Below are positions 59,976 to 64,000 of a stretch of DNA of 64,000 nucleotides, one piece after another (the first letter of the stretch is position 1; each line of letters starts with the position of its first letter). The position numbers were made by a program, and so were the translations under genes. The DNA comes from an uncultured Bacteroidales bacterium (GTDB lineage: Bacteria; Bacteroidota; Bacteroidia; Bacteroidales; VadinHA17). The notes beneath the pieces were generated by a model. It had not been told where the DNA came from and ran no database searches. It worked only from the letters and a program-made list of their open reading frames with translations. The DNA is taken from the NCBI GenBank assembly GCA_963828395.1, contig CAWHED010000005.1, positions 9,290 through 73,289 on the forward strand, in the 5' to 3' direction.

Positions 59976-62900
59976 TTAAAATGTAACACTCATACCAAAC
60001 ATAACCGTTCTTGGTAACGGATAGAGACCCAGATCAGCACCTGGGGCCCAGCTGTAGCCGTCTTCAGCATAACCCACATCAGGATCCATGCCATCATACT
60101 TAGTGAAGGTATAGAGGTTATTGACCGAAGCATATAATGATGCACCCTTCATCCATGTCAGTTTGCTGATGAGATTGTCGAACCTGTAACCCAATACAAG
60201 GTTGCTGATCCTGACATAATCGGCATCGTGAATGTAGATATCCGAGATATAGTTGGTATTCCGGTGTGAAGAAGAGCACAGCCTTGGTATTCTGTCTGAT
60301 GTTCCCTCTCCATGCCAGCGGCCGAATATCTGGGTCGTATAGTTCTGAGTGAAATTGTCGGAAAATGACCTGTAAGACTGCATTATCTGCATGCCGAATT
60401 TGCCGGTCAGGGTAGCATTGGCATATATGCCTTTGTATTCTGCATTAAGCTGAAGTCCCATCTCAAAATCGGGAAGCGGACTTCCCAGCATTACCTTGTC
60501 GTTATCATCTATCACTCCATTTTGGTCCTGGTCAACAAACTTAACATCACCCGGGCGCTGATCTTCAAAATATGGATTGCCCTCGGGACCAACATAAGCA
60601 TCAACATCGTTCTGATTCTGTAACAAACCATCAGTTTCAAATCCGTAGAAGAAACCAATGGGAAATCCTACTTCAACTCTTGATATAGGAGCAGTATTTT
60701 CTGCAAGTTGAGCACGCGGACCATCTATGATACCTTCAGCATTGGCAAGACGGGTCACTTTGTTTTTGTTCATTGTTCCGCTGAATGAGGCACCATAAAT
60801 AAAATCTGAAACATGGTCTTTCCAGTTGATATTGAACTCTATACCTGAGTTTCTTATATCACCGCCATTGATCCAGGGAGCACCTGCGCCTGCTGTGCCA
60901 AGTATCGGCGCAACAACCAGCCAGTCTCTGGTCATTTTGTTATACCAGTCGAAGGATAATCCGAGATTTGAATTGAAGAAACGGGCATCAATGCCAATAT
61001 TTAGCTGTTCCGATGTTTCCCATGTCACATCCGGGTTTGGCACATTTTCAGGTACTGCCGTTGGTGACGAGACAAGCTTATTGGGTCCGAAATAATATCC
61101 CTGAGGCAGGTAAGCAATATTTGAAGTATAGATAAAGTTATCGATGCTCTGGTTACCGTTCTGGCCCCAGCTGGCGCGCAGTTTACCGAAATTCAGCCAT
61201 GAATTATCTTTCATAAAATCTTCTTCTGAGAAAATCCATCCGGCCGAAGCGGAAGGGAAGTAGCCCCAGCGTTTACCTTTGGCGAAGTTTGAAGAACCAT
61301 CAGCGCGGAAGGTGGCATCAAACATATATTTCTCCTTGAAATTATACGACAGGCGTCCTATGTACGAAAGCAGTCCACCACCCTGGGCAGCCCCATCCTT
61401 ACCCGAAGCAGCGATAGCGCTGATAGACTTAGCAACAACATTGTCGAGGTAAGCGTAATCGGGTAATCCGAAGATCGAATTTTGCTTCCATCCACGTATA
61501 TCGACATCCAACTGATTCTTCAGAATCTCATTGCCTGCAAGAATATTGATCTTGTGCTGGTTTATTTTGAAATCGTAAGAAACTGTGTTGGTCCAGGTAT
61601 AATTAATTCCCTGATACATTGTCTGCTCAGCTGCATCAACCAGATTTTTATACAGAGTAGCAAGCTGGTAGGTGGGAGACCATGATCTTCCGTTGCCAAA
61701 CCATGAATTGATACCAAATGATGACCTGATCTTCAGGTTCCTGACAGGTTCTGCAGTAACGTATGCATTACCGGTAACAGTGTTCCCTTTCCCATAATTG
61801 AAGTTGTGGCGGTAATAAAGCGTTGCACGCGGGTCGTGCTGACCGGTTGAGATACCCTCCAGAGTAGGAGTAAAACCATTTGGATCGGGCGACAGGTCCC
61901 ATTGTGTCGGAAGAAGCGGATTGGTTACCAGGGCATCGTGGAGATCGTTCCAGTAAATGTCTCCTGTTCCCACTTCGCGTCTCTGACTGTTTGTCAGAGT
62001 AAAATTCTCTCCTATTGTAAGAATGTCATGGCTTCTTCCCTTGATGAGCACCATTTCAGAGTTCATACGGGCCGTAAGTCTTTTATATCCTGCATTCATG
62101 AGGTCGCCACCAAGCATACCAACCTGATCGAAATACGAAACACCCAGAGCATAGACAATTTCCTTTGCTGAACCTGAAATATTAAGTGAAAAATTCTGAA
62201 CCGGAGCATTCGGGGTAGTTATTTCCTTCACCCAGTCAGTACCTTTCCATCCACCCTGGAGCAGGTTCCAGACATATTCACCAAGATGTGTTCCAAGGTC
62301 GCCCGGGAAGGTTGAGTTGAGGAATGAATTATTTTTAAGCATTGCTTCCCAGTCGTTTGGAGCAAGCCCGTCATTTACTTTACCTTCATCCATAATATAC
62401 ATGTACTCCTGAGCGTTGAGTGCAGGTAGTTTTTTGTAAATATTTTGCATCCCCCGGTAAGCATCAAAGCTGATGACAGGTTTTGCTCCCTTTACACCCT
62501 TTTTAGTTGTCACAAGAATAACCCCGTTTGCGGCTCTTGATCCGTATATTGCCGATGAAGCGGCGTCTTTAAGAACATCGATTGATTCGATGTCAGACGC
62601 GTTCAGGTAGTCAATATCTCCAACAGATACACCATCAACAATGTAAAGAGGGGCTGAGTTGCCTATTGTTCCGAGACCCCTGATCGTAGTCTTTGTTCCT
62701 GCACCAGGCTGACCGCTGTATCTGGTAACATTAACACCGGTTGCAATACCCTGCAGGGCTTCCATTGCAGTCGAAGTATTTAGGTTCGCAATCTGGTCAC
62801 CTTTTACATTTAAATTAGCGCCGGTTACAAGTGCCTTCTTCTGAGTGCCGTAACCAATCACAACAACCTCATCAAGGTCGGTAGGTACATCAGCCATTTC

Positions 62901-63170
62901 AACATTAAGAGTATTAGAGGTAACGTTAACTTCAACCGGAGTCATTCCGATGAAAGTAAACTTTAGTGTTGCCCCCATTTTAGCCGGAATGGTGTAGGAT
63001 CCATCAACGCCGGAGATAGTCCCGACATTGGTTCCGGTCACCACAATAGTCACCCCGGGAAGACCGCTCCCGTCTGCCTGGTAAGTTACACGTCCTTGTA
63101 CTGTAACCTCCTGTGCGATCAACACGCGGGTCAACACAGCAAGGACCAATAGCATTACAGTTTTCTTCAT
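59976..63170 (-). CDS. SusC/RagA-family TonB-dependent outer membrane transporter
   Basis: 1064 aa with the carboxypeptidase-regulatory-like N-terminal segment VTVQGRVTYQADGSGLPGVTIVV, the plug motif DEVVVIGYGTQKK and a C-terminal aromatic end VTF. Confidence 0.93.
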   Translation of the reverse strand: MKKTVMLLVLAVLTRVLIAQEVTVQGRVTYQADGSGLPGVTIVVTGTNVGTISGVDGSYTIPAKMGATLKFTFIGMTPVEVNVTSNTLNVEMADVPTDLDEVVVIGYGTQKKALVTGANLNVKGDQIANLNTSTAMEALQGIATGVNVTRYSGQPGAGTKTTIRGLGTIGNSAPLYIVDGVSVGDIDYLNASDIESIDVLKDAASSAIYGSRAANGVILVTTKKGVKGAKPVISFDAYRGMQNIYKKLPALNAQEYMYIMDEGKVNDGLAPNDWEAMLKNNSFLNSTFPGDLGTHLGEYVWNLLQGGWKGTDWVKEITTPNAPVQNFSLNISGSAKEIVYALGVSYFDQVGMLGGDLMNAGYKRLTARMNSEMVLIKGRSHDILTIGENFTLTNSQRREVGTGDIYWNDLHDALVTNPLLPTQWDLSPDPNGFTPTLEGISTGQHDPRATLYYRHNFNYGKGNTVTGNAYVTAEPVRNLKIRSSFGINSWFGNGRSWSPTYQLATLYKNLVDAAEQTMYQGINYTWTNTVSYDFKINQHKINILAGNEILKNQLDVDIRGWKQNSIFGLPDYAYLDNVVAKSISAIAASGKDGAAQGGGLLSYIGRLSYNFKEKYMFDATFRADGSSNFAKGKRWGYFPSASAGWIFSEEDFMKDNSWLNFGKLRASWGQNGNQSIDNFIYTSNIAYLPQGYYFGPNKLVSSPTAVPENVPNPDVTWETSEQLNIGIDARFFNSNLGLSFDWYNKMTRDWLVVAPILGTAGAGAPWINGGDIRNSGIEFNINWKDHVSDFIYGASFSGTMNKNKVTRLANAEGIIDGPRAQLAENTAPISRVEVGFPIGFFYGFETDGLLQNQNDVDAYVGPEGNPYFEDQRPGDVKFVDQDQNGVIDDNDKVMLGSPLPDFEMGLQLNAEYKGIYANATLTGKFGMQIMQSYRSFSDNFTQNYTTQIFGRWHGEGTSDRIPRLCSSSHRNTNYISDIYIHDADYVRISNLVLGYRFDNLISKLTWMKGASLYASVNNLYTFTKYDGMDPDVGYAEDGYSWAPGADLGLYPLPRTVMFGMSVTF

Positions 63171-63437
63171 AGATTTAGGTTTTAGTATAATTAAAAAAAA
63201 TACTAATTCGATTTTTAAGGTTTGGTGTTAAAAGGTAGTAAAAACATTTGGATTAAATCAAAAAATGAAATAAATATCATGAACCAACCATAAAATAGAT
63301 TATTAATATCACAGGAACTTCAACTCCATGTACAAAAACACCACGCAGAGAAATATTGGGAAATGGAATATCCTTTGCTCTCGGAAGAGCTCCGGGGGCT
63401 TTTGTTTCAGACCCGGGTCGACATTATCAGACTCATT

Positions 63438-63881
63438 TTATGGAATGATTGCTTTAAAGAATGATTTGAAATCGGAGTAGTTTTCAGTAATGCCATAAAC
63501 TTCACATTCCCTGCAATCAGTGTTCTTACAGAGAGTCCCCTTTTCAGATGCTTCCCAGCAGGGATATGCAACACTCAGGAAAGCCTGACATTTTTCACGC
63601 TCCTCATCTGGGCATTGCCGGACTGCCCAGCATGGAATAAGAGCAAGCAAAGTCCTGATCCCTGCAATGTTTAAGCCATCTTCAGTCAGTAATTTATGGA
63701 TATATTTTAATCTCAATATATCTACCTGAGAAAATAAGTTCCGGCTTGACTCTTTCTTGAATGGGATTATCAACCCCTTGTCAATGTATTGCCTTATTGA
63801 ATGAACCGGGATCCCTGAAAGATTTGCTGTAACACTCAATGTATAAACCGGAGTAGTGCTTGCAATTGAGTTATTTTCCAT
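63438..63881 (-). CDS. MerR-family transcriptional regulator with a Cys-rich C-terminal domain
   Basis: The helix-turn-helix segment is YTLSVTANLSGIPVHSIRQYIDKGLI. The C-terminal part is IPCWAVRQCPDEEREKCQAFLSVAYPCWEASEKGTLCKNTDCRECEVY. Confidence 0.8.
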   Translation of the reverse strand: MENNSIASTTPVYTLSVTANLSGIPVHSIRQYIDKGLIIPFKKESSRNLFSQVDILRLKYIHKLLTEDGLNIAGIRTLLALIPCWAVRQCPDEEREKCQAFLSVAYPCWEASEKGTLCKNTDCRECEVYGITENYSDFKSFFKAIIP

Positions 63882-64000
63882 GATTTCGAATAATTCCCAA
63901 ATTATTTCCCACTTAAATATAGATTATTCTGTTGCCTTTTGAAAATCAAAACTTTAAATCCCCTATACTGCATTTCCCATTTAACGCATTCAGCTGCAGT

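Noticed and set aside
43-63000. Many 60-170-aa ORFs lying antisense to, or out of frame within, the large genes. Examples are 43..576, 5862..6359, 13069..13497, 25770..26189, 32826..33152, 49337..49777 and 56463..56825.
   Set aside because: Each is fully embedded in a gene with strong homology on the other strand or in another frame, and none has a recognisable motif. These are typical shadow ORFs.

Overview
This looks like a Bacteroidota chromosomal segment: it has a SusC/SusD pair, many lipoproteins and TAnnTTTG promoter boxes. I found no rRNA, CRISPR array, transposase or integrase.

Layout, left to right:
- 1-7.3 kb: minus-strand branched-chain amino acid operon ilvD-ilvB-ilvN-ilvC-leuA-leuC, preceded by a promoter, a putative Ile/Leu/Val-rich leader ORF and an intrinsic terminator (attenuator).
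- 7.8-13.5 kb: minus-strand operon tdh / AcsA-like AMP-ligase / carrier protein / diverged Kbl paralogue / canonical kbl.
- 13.6-18.3 kb: gltX, tatD, tcdA and a lipoprotein serine hydrolase.
- 18.6-20.7 kb: an AT-rich radical SAM-SPASM plus methyltransferase pair, followed by tRNA-Glu(CUC) at 20.84 kb.
- 21-35.2 kb: a metal-efflux island with two RND systems. One is Cus-like: HMA lipoprotein, a 1290-aa CusA, an outer membrane factor (OMF) with a Met-rich insert, CusB and a haem-binding-domain protein. The other is Czc-like: a 1463-aa RND-OMF fusion and an adaptor, flanked by small Cys-motif proteins.
- 35.4-43.5 kb: dodecin, mscL, hflK/hflC, an M48 peptidase, a DUF4382 lipoprotein and a PBP1A-type enzyme.
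- 43.6-50.2 kb: a tight five-gene minus-strand module. It encodes a SiaC-like DUF1987 protein, a RyR-domain PP2C phosphatase, a membrane TIR/TolB-like/TPR protein, a 66-aa ORF and a B12-binding radical SAM enzyme. This is my best candidate for an undescribed system.
- 50.4-64 kb: a large ABC-G-type transporter with extra N-terminal domains, acylphosphatase, an MBL-fold lipoprotein, a DUF5009 acyltransferase-like membrane protein, a SusC/SusD/SusE-like locus and a MerR regulator with a Cys-rich tail.

Caveat for all calls: about 28 single-base indels (almost all insertions) and one clear in-frame stop (TAG in the methyltransferase) break otherwise well-conserved ORFs, and a single in-frame TAA also separates the 66-aa ORF from the B12 radical SAM ORF. 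They fall in patches at 7.7-22.5 kb and 57.4-58.2 kb. I cannot tell from the sequence whether these are assembly errors or true pseudogenes.
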